A stretch of 64,000 nt of DNA from an uncultured Candidatus Saccharibacteria bacterium (GCA_964361705.1 CAYIBP010000003.1:5606-69605), one strand, 5' to 3'. Shown: positions 10,698 through 21,081, counted from the stretch's first letter. Notes: generated by a model from the sequence alone, not told the origin. Numbers and translations are program-made.

Positions 10698-10732
10698 CAA
10701 TAAAATAAAAAGACGCGGAATGCGTCTTTTTA
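10698..10732. terminator. Bidirectional intrinsic terminator between the 118-aa gene and rpsP
   Basis: AAAGACGC-ggaat-GCGTCTTT hairpin flanked by A-run and T-run (ttattttatttatt). Confidence 0.5.
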
Positions 10733-10760
10733 TTTTATTTATTCTCTAGCTATTACAGAA

Positions 10761-11117
10761 CTAGATATTGTCTATAAACTCGTTTGCTAGACTTAGCACA
10801 AGAGCAGCTTGCGCGTCAGTTAGATACTTGTAGCCTTTCTTTTTTCCTAATTTCTTCTCCATATCATTAGCTACTCTTTCCATCTTCCTTTCTGCTTTAT
10901 CTAGTTTATTTTTCTTTCCTGCTAAAGCAATCATATTGTCTATTCTGTTTAAGAGCTTCTTCTCATCAGGGGTACTGCCTGGAAATGCTTCAACGGTTGC
11001 TCTCATAGAAAGCAAATGCGCCATAGGATCAAATGGACCACCATAGGCTGCAGCAGAACCAAAACCCAAAACCATCATCATCGTAACCAATAAACTCGCA
11101 CCTAAGAACTTTTTCAT
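10761..11117 (-). CDS. Small secreted hypothetical protein
   Basis: 118 aa; signal peptide MKKFLGASLLVTMMMVLGFGSAAAYG; Lys-rich; no recognisable domain. Confidence 0.5.
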   Translation of the reverse strand: MKKFLGASLLVTMMMVLGFGSAAAYGGPFDPMAHLLSMRATVEAFPGSTPDEKKLLNRIDNMIALAGKKNKLDKAERKMERVANDMEKKLGKKKGYKYLTDAQAALVLSLANEFIDNI

Positions 11118-11262
11118 AAAATATAATTAGTTAAATTAATAATAAAAACATTTCGGAATATTATTTATATAGCCGATAGCATCATTATACACAATCATAT
11201 ATAATATGAAAACAACTTTAGATGTGGATAACCCACAACAGAGCTACTTATGGAATTAATAT

Positions 11263-12784
11263 GGATTTAAAACAGCAAATAAAGCCTAAATATATATTTT
11301 TAATATTAGTATCCTTGCTTGTTTTAGGTGGATTTTTTAGATTTTACCAACTAGAAAAAGCCCCATACTGGATGGATGAAGGATACACCATCAATGCCGT
11401 ACTTTCTGTCGAAGAAAAAGGCTCAACAATACTGGATTCCGGAGAAAAATATCGTTGCCCTACATACTGCCATATCACAGCTTATATAGCTGAACGCTTC
11501 GGTAACAATGCTTTTTCTTTTAGGTTTCTTTCTGTAATTGCAGGGATACTTTCTATAGCGCTGATTTTCTACACCACCAAGAGATTTTTTGGGAATATTG
11601 TTGCTATCACCTCGACCTTTTTTATAACCTTTTCATATTGGCAAATAGCCTGGTCTAGACAAGCCAGATGGTACACGCTTTTTGCTTTATTTTTTTGGCT
11701 AGCTATTTTGTTCTTTGATAAGTTTTTGAAAAGCGACAAAAGCAACTTGGAGAAATATTTATTTTTGACAAGCTCGCTGGTATTTTCTTTTCTTGCGTCT
11801 ATAACCCACGGACTTGGATACTTGATGCCTTTTATTTTTATGATTTGGTATTTTGTTGAAAAAGTCATTATAGAAAAGAAGGCGTCTTGGAAAAGATATG
11901 TCCTTGGATTCATATTAATTACAGGGACAATCCTTATTCTTGATTCCCTGCTAGGAACACGGTTTTACAAAGGTCTGCTACGAGGAATTAATCTTGATTT
12001 CAATCCGCATTATTATATTTACTTTTTGATTAAGAACTATTGGCTGTTTATTCTGCCTATGATATATACTTTATATACATCAATCAGAAAAAAGAAATTC
12101 ATCGTGGGAATTTTATTTTTTATTTTTCTAGCCTATTTACTGCCACTTTCTTTTTTAACAAAACTTGTAAATTATAGATACATTTTTCATGTTACCCCTA
12201 TACTGATCATTTTAGGCTCTTTAGGAATATACGACATATACTTGTTGATAAACAAAAAATGGCAGAAAATAGCTTTTATTTTGTGCATCATAATATTGTT
12301 CTTTTCTTTTGGTAAAGGAGTACTTGCCCCTAAAAATTTTTATTTTTTGGAATCAGACACTCCAAAGACATGGGGCAAGGGGGCGCATTATTCATACACT
12401 CCGCAACCAGACTGGAACAAAGCCTATGACTTTATAAAAAGTAATATGGAAAACGAAGATCTGGTGATCAGCAGTTTGCCTCATTTTAATAAAATATTCC
12501 TCGGCATACCAGGGTATTGGATAAAATATAATTACTTGGGTATAACAGGCAAAGAATCTAAGACAAAAGACAACAAAGAATTCTATGTGGGAGCTGAAAC
12601 AATAAACAATTTATCTGAACTTAAAGAATTAGCTTCAAAGAATCATGGATACATCGTACTGGATTTTATGGCAATAGATGAAAAAATACAGCCCGATATA
12701 TTGGAATACATCACAAACAACTTTGCACAAGTGTTTTACGACAGGATAAACACATATTCGCGAGTTTGGATATATAGATTTTAA
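11263..12784 (+). CDS. GT39/GT-C family glycosyltransferase (ArnT/PMT-like), polytopic membrane protein
   Basis: About 506 aa from the ATG at 11263 (the ORF track starts at 11222). Multiple TM helices; the N-terminal loop YWMDEGYTINAV carries a DE-type motif typical of ArnT/PMT-family GT-C enzymes. Confidence 0.7.
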
Positions 12785-12821
12785 TGTTTACTTTGCATAT
12801 AGCTCGTGATATAAACGCTAT

Positions 12822-13910
12822 ATGCAAGAAAAGATAAAGAACTGGTTTAAATCTATAAATTTTAGAGAATTTGCAAAACAAGAAGCAAAAAATCCTATAT
12901 TTTGGGCACGATTTTTTGCTTATGCTATTCCCCTAACCTTTTTGCTCTATATACTTTATATAAATTTTCTGCCCTTTGGATATGATAAAACTTTCGTCAT
13001 AAATGCTGGTTCAAAAAACGATATTGTTGTCAGTGAATTTTACTTGGAACCATCGACAAATCTTTCAGAAGACAAAGTAGATGAAAATGGAAAAACATAT
13101 CGCGAATTAAATGGTAGCGCATATGCAATATTTAAACCCAAAGCGATACTAAAAAACGCGACAGTAGCCATCACGACGGAAGACGAAGGAATATTTATAA
13201 ACTCCTCTCTTTTAGATTTTGATAAAGATGAAATAGAATGGGAAAATTCTTTTGATTTCAATGAAGGAATACCAAAAGGATGGGGTGGAAACGCGTTGAT
13301 GGTTGATGATGAACTCACCTTCAATGGAGAAAATTCGCGCATTTATCTGCCCTACTCCAGAGATAGATTTGAGGACGGGCCTTTTAGTTTATATATGGAG
13401 TGGTCTCCGACAGATGAAGACTCAAATTCCCAGCAGATAGTGGGACATTATAACTGGGAACTTTGGCAAAACAAAAACAATGTAGAATTCAGAGTGGGAA
13501 GAATGAATGACAATCAGGGACCCGCTTATTCTATTAAATACACTTTTGACCCTGATCTTTTTTTCTATGACACACATTCAGCTATCGCGATCTATAACCC
13601 AAGCGACAACGGCTACATAGAACTATACATAGATGATGAATATGCGGGTAGAACATACATAGGTAAAGATAAAATTTATAAATATTATGGTGATCAAAAT
13701 CTGACCATCGGATGGAGTCCTCACAACAATGGCAATAATTCATATTTTTCTGGCACTATATATGATCTGAGATTTGCACTTAAAAACATAATTACGCCAA
13801 ACAAAACTGTGACACTAGAAATGGAAGATAACGCTCCTCTAAAAATAGAACTTTTTTCAAACGGTACGGCAAAGTTGAGACAAATCAAGCTAAATGCAGT
13901 CAAACAATAA
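12822..13910 (+). CDS. Membrane-anchored concanavalin-A-like (LamG) domain protein
   Basis: 362 aa; N-terminal TM (IFWARFFAYAIPLTFLLYILYI); C-terminal FSGTIYDLRFALKN is a LamG hallmark. Confidence 0.6.
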   Translation: MQEKIKNWFKSINFREFAKQEAKNPIFWARFFAYAIPLTFLLYILYINFLPFGYDKTFVINAGSKNDIVVSEFYLEPSTNLSEDKVDENGKTYRELNGSAYAIFKPKAILKNATVAITTEDEGIFINSSLLDFDKDEIEWENSFDFNEGIPKGWGGNALMVDDELTFNGENSRIYLPYSRDRFEDGPFSLYMEWSPTDEDSNSQQIVGHYNWELWQNKNNVEFRVGRMNDNQGPAYSIKYTFDPDLFFYDTHSAIAIYNPSDNGYIELYIDDEYAGRTYIGKDKIYKYYGDQNLTIGWSPHNNGNNSYFSGTIYDLRFALKNIITPNKTVTLEMEDNAPLKIELFSNGTAKLRQIKLNAVKQ

Positions 13911-16071
13911 GTTACAAAATATTTGGATTCTATTGGATAGCTATTTCTTCATGCCATTCTTTAGCGCTCTAGCTCTAGTTTTTTTGTGTTTTTACATCGC
14001 TCCACTGGAGTTGTTTTATTTTAGTAAAGTATCATCCATCTACACAGCTATCATTTCCGCATTCATTGCTTTTTTTCTTTGGTTTAGAAGACTAGGAGAA
14101 GAAAGTAGAATAAAAAATCTTTTGACTGAATTAAATAAACATTTCTTTCTTTCAGGTTTAATAACCATAATTATCTTGAATCTCACGCCCTTTGGGAATC
14201 TCTCTTTTCCGACGTACATAAAATTAGTTTTAAACTTTGCGACATTTTTCAGCGGATTTATAACGATCTATGTCAATAAAAATTTATTAGTAAACATAGA
14301 ATCGGAAAGAAATGATGAAATACTTGTGGAGCAGGAGAAAATAAACGAATTCAGAAACAAATTTCCAAAAATAAATAAAATTCCATTATTTAGAAATGTT
14401 GCCAGATTTATTTACATAGAAAAATGGTGGTACTCTCTTTCTATAATCTTACTTTTGGTTATAGGTTTTGTGATAAGACTCTACAATCTTGGTGAACTGA
14501 GTCTATGGTGGGATGAACTCTTAACAGGAACTTACGTCACGAGAATTCTGGAAACAGGTTTACCAATATCACCGTCCGGTTTTGAATATTACTGGAGGGG
14601 AATATCATACCATTATCTTGTTTCTGGCTTTACATTTATTTTCGGAAACACTGAATTTTGGCTTAGATTCCCTAGTGTACTATTAGGAATTGGAACCATA
14701 ATACTATCTTTCTTGATAACGAAAAGAATAAACAAGATTCTAGCTCTTTTTATAGTAATTATTTTAACTTTTTCGATTTACAACGTAGAATATTCTCAAT
14801 TCGCTCGTTTCTATATAATGAACGCCTTTCTTTTTTTACTAAACATAGAATTCTTTTGGCGAGGATTCTTTGAGCAAAAAAAGTGGTTTAAGGTGCTCTC
14901 TATCATTACTTTCTTAATAATGATATTAACCGTACAGTTAGGATCAATATTTATTTCAGTAATATTTTATTACTTAATATATAAAATATCTTTAATAAAA
15001 ATTAAGAAATCAAGAATCAGAGACTTATTTAGTTTAAAATTATTTATACCTATAATGCTTTTTTTGAGTTTATATATAACTGGAAACCCTTTTGATTTGA
15101 TTGGTATCTATAAAGATCATCCTTATGAAGTGGATTTAATTAGTCAGGTAGATGGCAATGTAAGATACATTTTACCTAAAATACCCTACCCAGAATTTAA
15201 AAATATCGTATTACCATTTTTTAATGACTTTTACTGGCCAACTATTTTTTTCATCTTAGCATCAATTATTTCTTTATTTTTAATTTTTAACAAACTAAAA
15301 TTAAACAAAGAACTAGGTTACTCAGAATATATTCTGGGGATATCTTTTATATCACTAATACTCTTTGAGTTCGCTAATCCATTTTCAAAAGAACCTAGAC
15401 TATACCTAATGTTTGAACCTCTTTATATCATCCTATCAATGATGACTATTTTCATCATTGTAAAAGAAATCTTACAACTAAAGCATAAAAAAACATTGAT
15501 TATTCTGTCTTTCATTCTCCTTGCTTTATTTTTTAGTTCAAAACCATCCCTTTATGATGTGATGAATATTAGATACGGTGACAATGTGTCAAACGATCCA
15601 TTTAGAACTACTTGGGCTCAAGCGTATCGTTCCGATTCAAAAACCACGCTTGAATATTTAAAGAAAAATATAGAAGACGAAGACATTTGGATCAATACTC
15701 TTGAACCAGCATATTTTTATTTACAAAGAAATCCAGATTTTATTTTGAATCAAAATTACAAATGGAAAAACATGTGGCGAGAAGAAATTTTTACCGATAA
15801 AGATAAAAACTATATAGAAATAAGATATAACAGTATACTTATAAACACAATGGAAGACTTACAAAAAATCTTAAACAATAATACTAATAAAAATGTATGG
15901 CTCTTAGCAAACGGGCAAAACCTCGAAACATTATATACAAAACAATTAAATAAGGATTTTGTGGACTTTTTATCCGAAAATACAGAAAACGTTGTATATT
16001 CTTCTCCAGACGAAAGAAGCAAGCTTTTGCTTTTCCAAAAATTAAATCAATCCTTCTTGTTAAAGAAATAA
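13894..16071 (+). CDS. GT39/GT-C family glycosyltransferase (ArnT/PMT-like), second paralog
   Basis: 725 aa; at least 12 TM segments; LWWDELLTGTYVTRILETGLP loop motif; overlaps the upstream gene by 17 nt. Confidence 0.7.
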   Translation: MQSNNKLQNIWILLDSYFFMPFFSALALVFLCFYIAPLELFYFSKVSSIYTAIISAFIAFFLWFRRLGEESRIKNLLTELNKHFFLSGLITIIILNLTPFGNLSFPTYIKLVLNFATFFSGFITIYVNKNLLVNIESERNDEILVEQEKINEFRNKFPKINKIPLFRNVARFIYIEKWWYSLSIILLLVIGFVIRLYNLGELSLWWDELLTGTYVTRILETGLPISPSGFEYYWRGISYHYLVSGFTFIFGNTEFWLRFPSVLLGIGTIILSFLITKRINKILALFIVIILTFSIYNVEYSQFARFYIMNAFLFLLNIEFFWRGFFEQKKWFKVLSIITFLIMILTVQLGSIFISVIFYYLIYKISLIKIKKSRIRDLFSLKLFIPIMLFLSLYITGNPFDLIGIYKDHPYEVDLISQVDGNVRYILPKIPYPEFKNIVLPFFNDFYWPTIFFILASIISLFLIFNKLKLNKELGYSEYILGISFISLILFEFANPFSKEPRLYLMFEPLYIILSMMTIFIIVKEILQLKHKKTLIILSFILLALFFSSKPSLYDVMNIRYGDNVSNDPFRTTWAQAYRSDSKTTLEYLKKNIEDEDIWINTLEPAYFYLQRNPDFILNQNYKWKNMWREEIFTDKDKNYIEIRYNSILINTMEDLQKILNNNTNKNVWLLANGQNLETLYTKQLNKDFVDFLSENTENVVYSSPDERSKLLLFQKLNQSFLLKK

Positions 16072-16964
16072 AATATTCCTCCAATTGATGTCTGAATCAA
16101 CATTATAAAACGTGATAACAAAGAAATACTAAGAGATGCCTCTGCCGAAATACCAATGAAAGACAACAGAGATATCAAAGATAATTCATATACACCAATA
16201 GCATTCACAGAAATAGGTACGATACTTATTAATTGTATTACCAGATAAAAACCTGTAACTAACAAATAATCAGTGTTATATCCAAACATTAAGAGATAAA
16301 TCCATAGGCTTAGCGATCCAAGCAAGGGGTATATTATTGAAATTGACACAACTCTAAACCAATTTAAATTCATCTCTTTTATATGATTTTTAATTTTTAG
16401 AACAATTCCTTTCAATTTACTTGAAAAAAAGTAGATAATCAGAGCAAAAAGAAAAATAACAATAAATAAAAAGATAATTGAAATCTTTTTTACTTCTAAA
16501 TAAAAAAACGGCAAGATTTTATAAGACAGGAAAATTAAAAGAAGTAGTGTGCCAGCGATCCCCGACAATCTGTCTAATAAAACGGAGGTGAGGACCTTGG
16601 TCTTGCCCAATTCTGGTCCTAACTTTACAACCTTATAAGCATCACCTCCTATCGTGGAAGGTAAAAAATTACTGAAGAAATTACTCATCCAGTAGATTCT
16701 GAATAGTTTCCAAAACGGGTATTTTATCATCCCCTCCCATTTCAGAGTAGATAAAAATAATCCAGGTAAATATAAGAAAAAAGGAACAAGAATCAAATAA
16801 TTAACATTTGAAAACAATTTTATAGATTCTTCTAAGTCTATTTGACTTAAAACTAACCAAATAAACAGAAACATAAAACAAAGTTTTATAAAAAACCTGT
16901 GTTTAATTAGTAGTATTTTATATGGTTGTAAAAAATCAATTAATTTTTTCATATATTTTAGCAA
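16047..16964 (-). CDS. Flippase-like / lysylphosphatidylglycerol-synthase-TM-like (UPF0104) membrane protein
   Basis: 305 aa; polytopic; GGDAYKVVKLGPELGKTKVLTSVLLDRLSG resembles the UPF0104 domain. Confidence 0.55.
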   Translation of the reverse strand: MLKYMKKLIDFLQPYKILLIKHRFFIKLCFMFLFIWLVLSQIDLEESIKLFSNVNYLILVPFFLYLPGLFLSTLKWEGMIKYPFWKLFRIYWMSNFFSNFLPSTIGGDAYKVVKLGPELGKTKVLTSVLLDRLSGIAGTLLLLIFLSYKILPFFYLEVKKISIIFLFIVIFLFALIIYFFSSKLKGIVLKIKNHIKEMNLNWFRVVSISIIYPLLGSLSLWIYLLMFGYNTDYLLVTGFYLVIQLISIVPISVNAIGVYELSLISLLSFIGISAEASLSISLLSRFIMLIQTSIGGIFYFFNKKD

Positions 16965-17991
16965 GAGAAGTAATGTAATTATTTAAATCTTTACCTTTTA
17001 CATTATCCTTACCGTTGTGAATAAGTTTCAAATAAAGTTCTCCGTCAGATAGTAGGTATTTTATTTTGTTTGCTAAATCAGCAGAATTCTTAGATTGAAA
17101 GGTCAACACATTCCTTTTATCTTGTACCAAACTAGCCAAACTTTCAATATCAGAAACAATAACAGGCACACCAAACATCCAAGATTCATTTAGAACTATT
17201 GGATTTGCTTCACTTAGAGAAGAGATCACTAGCAAATCGATCTCGTTGTAAACATGCTCTACATCAGAAACGAAACCAAGAAATTTTATTCTGGAATCCA
17301 GATCCAGATCTCTTGATAAAGTTTTTAAGTTTAATAATTCTGGACCATCACCCGCAATAATCGCCTTATAATTAGTAGGTAAAAAAGACAAAGATTCTAT
17401 TAAGAATTTACATCCTTTTACTTCACTCAACCTACCGATAAAACCTATTGTATAATTGTCCTTTGGATAAAAATCAATATTAATAATATCAGAAGAGGCA
17501 GAGCACCTAACAAAATTATTCAACACATACAATTTATCTTTCTTGATTGATATATTTTTAAGTAAAAAATCTCTTATGTAGTCAGATACACAGATGACAC
17601 CGTTTATCCTTTTTTTACAGATTTTAAATAAGTTATTGTACAGACGATTGTTTATTAAAATATCTCCATGTTCATGGTGTATAAATTTTAAATCTCGAAA
17701 AATAAGAGATAAGATAATTCCAAAGTAAAACCCCTTACGATGATGAGTGTGTATAATATCTATCTTTTTGTTTTTAATTATAAAAAAAATATCTATGAGA
17801 GGAAAAAGATTAAATTTTGAATAGTTTTTCACTATTACATTATTCTTTTGTATTACTGGTTTATCAACAGGTTTGCGAATAAAATAATAAGTAAGTTGAA
17901 TATTGGGTATATTAAAATTCTTAATTAAAGAATCTACGATGGACTCTACGCCACCGAAACCATATTTATCAACTATATGTAAAACGTTCAT
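16936..17991 (-). CDS. GT4 (GT-B fold) glycosyltransferase
   Basis: 351 aa; C-terminal sugar-donor motif SLSEANPIVLNESWMFGVPVIVSD (E-X7-E type). Confidence 0.8.
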   Translation of the reverse strand: MNVLHIVDKYGFGGVESIVDSLIKNFNIPNIQLTYYFIRKPVDKPVIQKNNVIVKNYSKFNLFPLIDIFFIIKNKKIDIIHTHHRKGFYFGIILSLIFRDLKFIHHEHGDILINNRLYNNLFKICKKRINGVICVSDYIRDFLLKNISIKKDKLYVLNNFVRCSASSDIINIDFYPKDNYTIGFIGRLSEVKGCKFLIESLSFLPTNYKAIIAGDGPELLNLKTLSRDLDLDSRIKFLGFVSDVEHVYNEIDLLVISSLSEANPIVLNESWMFGVPVIVSDIESLASLVQDKRNVLTFQSKNSADLANKIKYLLSDGELYLKLIHNGKDNVKGKDLNNYITSLAKIYEKIN

Positions 17992-17994
17992 AAT

Positions 17995-19095
17995 TTATAG
18001 ATTTGAATATGCCACTAATAAATCATTATTTTCATAATTACTAATTATATTATTCCTCGTACTGATCACACCATCTAATAAAGCATTATTATCTCGTTCA
18101 AGTCTAGAAAGGATATTTTGTAAATCACCTTTGTTTTTATAAAACAAACCATTAAAATTGTCACGTAGCAACTCATGGTTACATTCAATATCATTAGCTA
18201 TCGTGATTTTATCCATAAGCAGATAGTGTATCATTTTCATACTAGGTTGTCTGCCATATATTCTAGGTAAAACGCCCGCTATAGATTTTTTGATCAAAAA
18301 ATTAACATGGGGTACTGATAATTTACCAGGCAAGAAAACTTTTGCATTTAATTCGAGTGTATTTATCAAATCATTGATATTTTCTGAAATCTTCCCAACA
18401 ATGACTAATTTAAACTCGCTTTTAACTTGTGAAAAAAGATTTAAGAAGTTTTCAATACCTTGGTATGATTCAGAATTTCCAACATAAATAAGATATTTTT
18501 CATTTTTTTTATTATCAATAATATAATCTTCAATCTTCAAATCTAATTTATCATAAAAAAGTACAGTTTTTTTATCTTTAAAAACTGGATCCTTTGAATA
18601 AATCTGCCAATTCAAAATTATTAAATCGCAATTTTGGATAATCTTTCTTTCTAAAAAAAGAATAAAACTCCTAAAGGGAACTTCTTTTCTGGAAATTTCT
18701 AGATTATCTATAATGCGATTATGTAAGTCATAGATTAATTTAACTTTTTTTGATACAAAAAAAGAAAGGATATATCCAATAAAAGCAGCCTCAAAATCTT
18801 CACAGTGAACAAAACTATACTGTCTGGATAATATCAAATACAATCCTTTACAAAAAATCAAAAAATCTAGAATTATTCGAGATAAATTTATTTTTCCAAC
18901 ACCTATCGTGGGTTTAAAAAAACTAATAGTCCTGTATAATCTTGTATTTTTTAGCTCAATATCTTTCCCAAGATTATAAGTAAGTAAATCAATTTCATAT
19001 TTTTCACTTAATTTGCTAACCATCGAATACACACGAAGAGAAGAACCTTTTTCTTCGTAAAATGGTGTTGTGGCAATTACCAATACCCTCTTCAT
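17995..19095 (-). CDS. GT4-like glycosyltransferase
   Basis: 366 aa with GT-B architecture; adjacent to the GT4 gene and 4 nt-coupled to galE. Confidence 0.6.
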   Translation of the reverse strand: MKRVLVIATTPFYEEKGSSLRVYSMVSKLSEKYEIDLLTYNLGKDIELKNTRLYRTISFFKPTIGVGKINLSRIILDFLIFCKGLYLILSRQYSFVHCEDFEAAFIGYILSFFVSKKVKLIYDLHNRIIDNLEISRKEVPFRSFILFLERKIIQNCDLIILNWQIYSKDPVFKDKKTVLFYDKLDLKIEDYIIDNKKNEKYLIYVGNSESYQGIENFLNLFSQVKSEFKLVIVGKISENINDLINTLELNAKVFLPGKLSVPHVNFLIKKSIAGVLPRIYGRQPSMKMIHYLLMDKITIANDIECNHELLRDNFNGLFYKNKGDLQNILSRLERDNNALLDGVISTRNNIISNYENNDLLVAYSNL

Positions 19096-20042
19096 CTTTT
19101 TTTATTGTATGCTTTTAGGGTGCTTTCGACCATTTCTAGCAAGCCGAATTTTGGTTGCCAGTTTAATATTTTTTTTGCTTTATCAAAGGATGCCACTACG
19201 CTGGTAAGATCGCCCAATCTTTTCTTTATAAACCTGTATTTTACTTTTTTACCAGAGACTTTTTCAAACATATTCATTATTTCTAAAACAGAATAACCTT
19301 TTTCACTTCCTAGATTAAAAACACCAGAACCTTTCAGATTCATGGCTTTAATATGCGCATCGGCTATATCGGATACATGCACATAATCCCTGACACCTGT
19401 GCCATCTACTGTATCGTAATCATTGCCAAATATTTCAAGTTGTTTTTTATTACCAAAAAGCACATCGGCTATAACATTAAAAATATTTCTTACATTTGGA
19501 CCTATATAGTTCAATCCTTCATAACCTGCTACATTGAAATATCTCAGGGCGACATATCTCATGCCAGACAGATCAGCATGCCATTTCAATAAATCTTCGC
19601 CCATAAGCTTTGTAAAACCATAAAAATTAGCGGGGTTGCATTCGTGTGCTTCATTTATTTTTTTCACCTTTGGTTCGCCATATACTGCCGCAGAAGAAGA
19701 GAAAATAAATTGTTTGATCTTTAGTCTTGGTGCAATCTCCAAGAGATTCATCATGCCTTTAATATTCTCATCATACAAATCAGGTCTTTCCATAGATTCA
19801 CCAACATCCTTTCTAGCAGCGAAATGCATCAGCACATCAAATGCTTTATTTTTTAAATTCTTTTCAAAAGATGTAAAATTCAAAATATTTACTTTGTGAA
19901 AAACGGCTCTAGAATCCACATTTTCCTTTCTACCCCTTGAAAGATCATCCACCACTGTGACAGAATAACCGGCATCCACGAGCTTTTTCACCACTACGCT
20001 ACCAATATATCCGGCTCCCCCTGTGACAAGTATTTTCTTCAT
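19092..20042 (-). CDS. galE: UDP-glucose/UDP-hexose 4-epimerase (NAD-dependent SDR)
   Basis: KILVTGGAGYIGS Rossmann motif and catalytic YGFTK (YxxxK); 316 aa. Confidence 0.85.
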   Translation of the reverse strand: MKKILVTGGAGYIGSVVVKKLVDAGYSVTVVDDLSRGRKENVDSRAVFHKVNILNFTSFEKNLKNKAFDVLMHFAARKDVGESMERPDLYDENIKGMMNLLEIAPRLKIKQFIFSSSAAVYGEPKVKKINEAHECNPANFYGFTKLMGEDLLKWHADLSGMRYVALRYFNVAGYEGLNYIGPNVRNIFNVIADVLFGNKKQLEIFGNDYDTVDGTGVRDYVHVSDIADAHIKAMNLKGSGVFNLGSEKGYSVLEIMNMFEKVSGKKVKYRFIKKRLGDLTSVVASFDKAKKILNWQPKFGLLEMVESTLKAYNKKR

Positions 20043-20043
20043 T

Positions 20044-20997
20044 TTATACTTCTATTACCTCTCTTATATAATATCTTTTTTCATACGGGGAATTGTTTAG
20101 GTTGAGTTTAATCAAAAGATCGATGACAAGCCCAAAAGAAAAGAGCATTATGCCAGAAGTAAGGAAAAAGAAAGTCAGAAGACCCCAACCGTTTCTGTTG
20201 AGACTAAGTCCCAAGAAAAATTTGCCGTATAAAGTCCAAAGTCCAGAAAGAAAACCCAACAAAAGTAGAACAAAACTAATCGAACCAAAAAGATGCATCG
20301 GTCTTTGTGAGTATTTGTGTATAAACCATATAAAAATAAGATCAATCAATCCTTTTATTGATTTCTTCCAATTGTACTTGCTTTTGCCATACTCTCTCTT
20401 GCGATCATTTACAAACACCTCACCAATAGAAAAACCTTTCCAACGCAAAAGAGCGAGGATGTATCTGTGCATCTCGCCTCCTATATCCAGAGATTTTACC
20501 GCTTCCCTCTTGTAAACACGAAAAGAACATCCGGTGTCATGTACGATGTCCTTGATAAGTATCTTTCTAAACCATCTACCTATGCGAGTGAAGACTTTTA
20601 TCATATTTCTATCTTTGCGAACTTTTCTCCACCCAGCCACCACATCCAGATCTTCGTCGTGCATTTTTTTTAAAAGCAAATGAATATCACGCGGATCATT
20701 TTGCCCGTCACCATCCATGGAGATTACTATATCCCCCATTGCAACTTTAAAACCAGCATCAAAAGCTGTGGCTTGGCCATAATTGCGATTGAGATTTATT
20801 ATTTTTGCCTTATTTAAAGATTTAAGTTCTTCAAGTGATCTATCAGTACTGCCGTCATTTATGTAGATAATCTCGTATTTTGAACTTAAAGAGGCCAATT
20901 CACTGCTTATTTCTTGGTGCAGTGATAAGATGTTTCCTTCTTCGTTATATATAGGTACAACAACAGAAAAATTAAGGCCTTCTTTATCAGAATTCAT
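20044..20997 (-). CDS. GT2 polyprenyl-phosphate glycosyltransferase (ArnC/GtrB/DPM1-like) with C-terminal TM helices
   Basis: VVVPIYNEEGNI, INDGSTD and DGDGQNDP (DXD) motifs, plus two C-terminal TM helices. Confidence 0.85.
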   Translation of the reverse strand: MNSDKEGLNFSVVVPIYNEEGNILSLHQEISSELASLSSKYEIIYINDGSTDRSLEELKSLNKAKIINLNRNYGQATAFDAGFKVAMGDIVISMDGDGQNDPRDIHLLLKKMHDEDLDVVAGWRKVRKDRNMIKVFTRIGRWFRKILIKDIVHDTGCSFRVYKREAVKSLDIGGEMHRYILALLRWKGFSIGEVFVNDRKREYGKSKYNWKKSIKGLIDLIFIWFIHKYSQRPMHLFGSISFVLLLLGFLSGLWTLYGKFFLGLSLNRNGWGLLTFFFLTSGIMLFSFGLVIDLLIKLNLNNSPYEKRYYIREVIEV

Positions 20998-21005
20998 ATA
21001 CTGTA

Positions 21006-21014
21006 TTTATACCA
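21006..21014 (-). promoter_or_regulatory. Extended -10 (TGGTATAAA) 8 nt upstream of the GT2 ATG: leaderless-type promoter
   Basis: Minus strand reads TGGTATAAAT-ACAGTAT-ATG. Confidence 0.45.
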
Positions 21015-21072
21015 AAAAATAAATCTTTTTCAAGCCGTCTAATAATCGACACAAGACACATAATTCTTTTTT

Positions 21073-21081
21073 TGCTATATT
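21073..21081 (+). promoter_or_regulatory. Extended -10 (TGCTATATT) 7 nt upstream of the rnr ATG
   Basis: TGCTATATT-AAATAGA-ATG. Confidence 0.45.
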
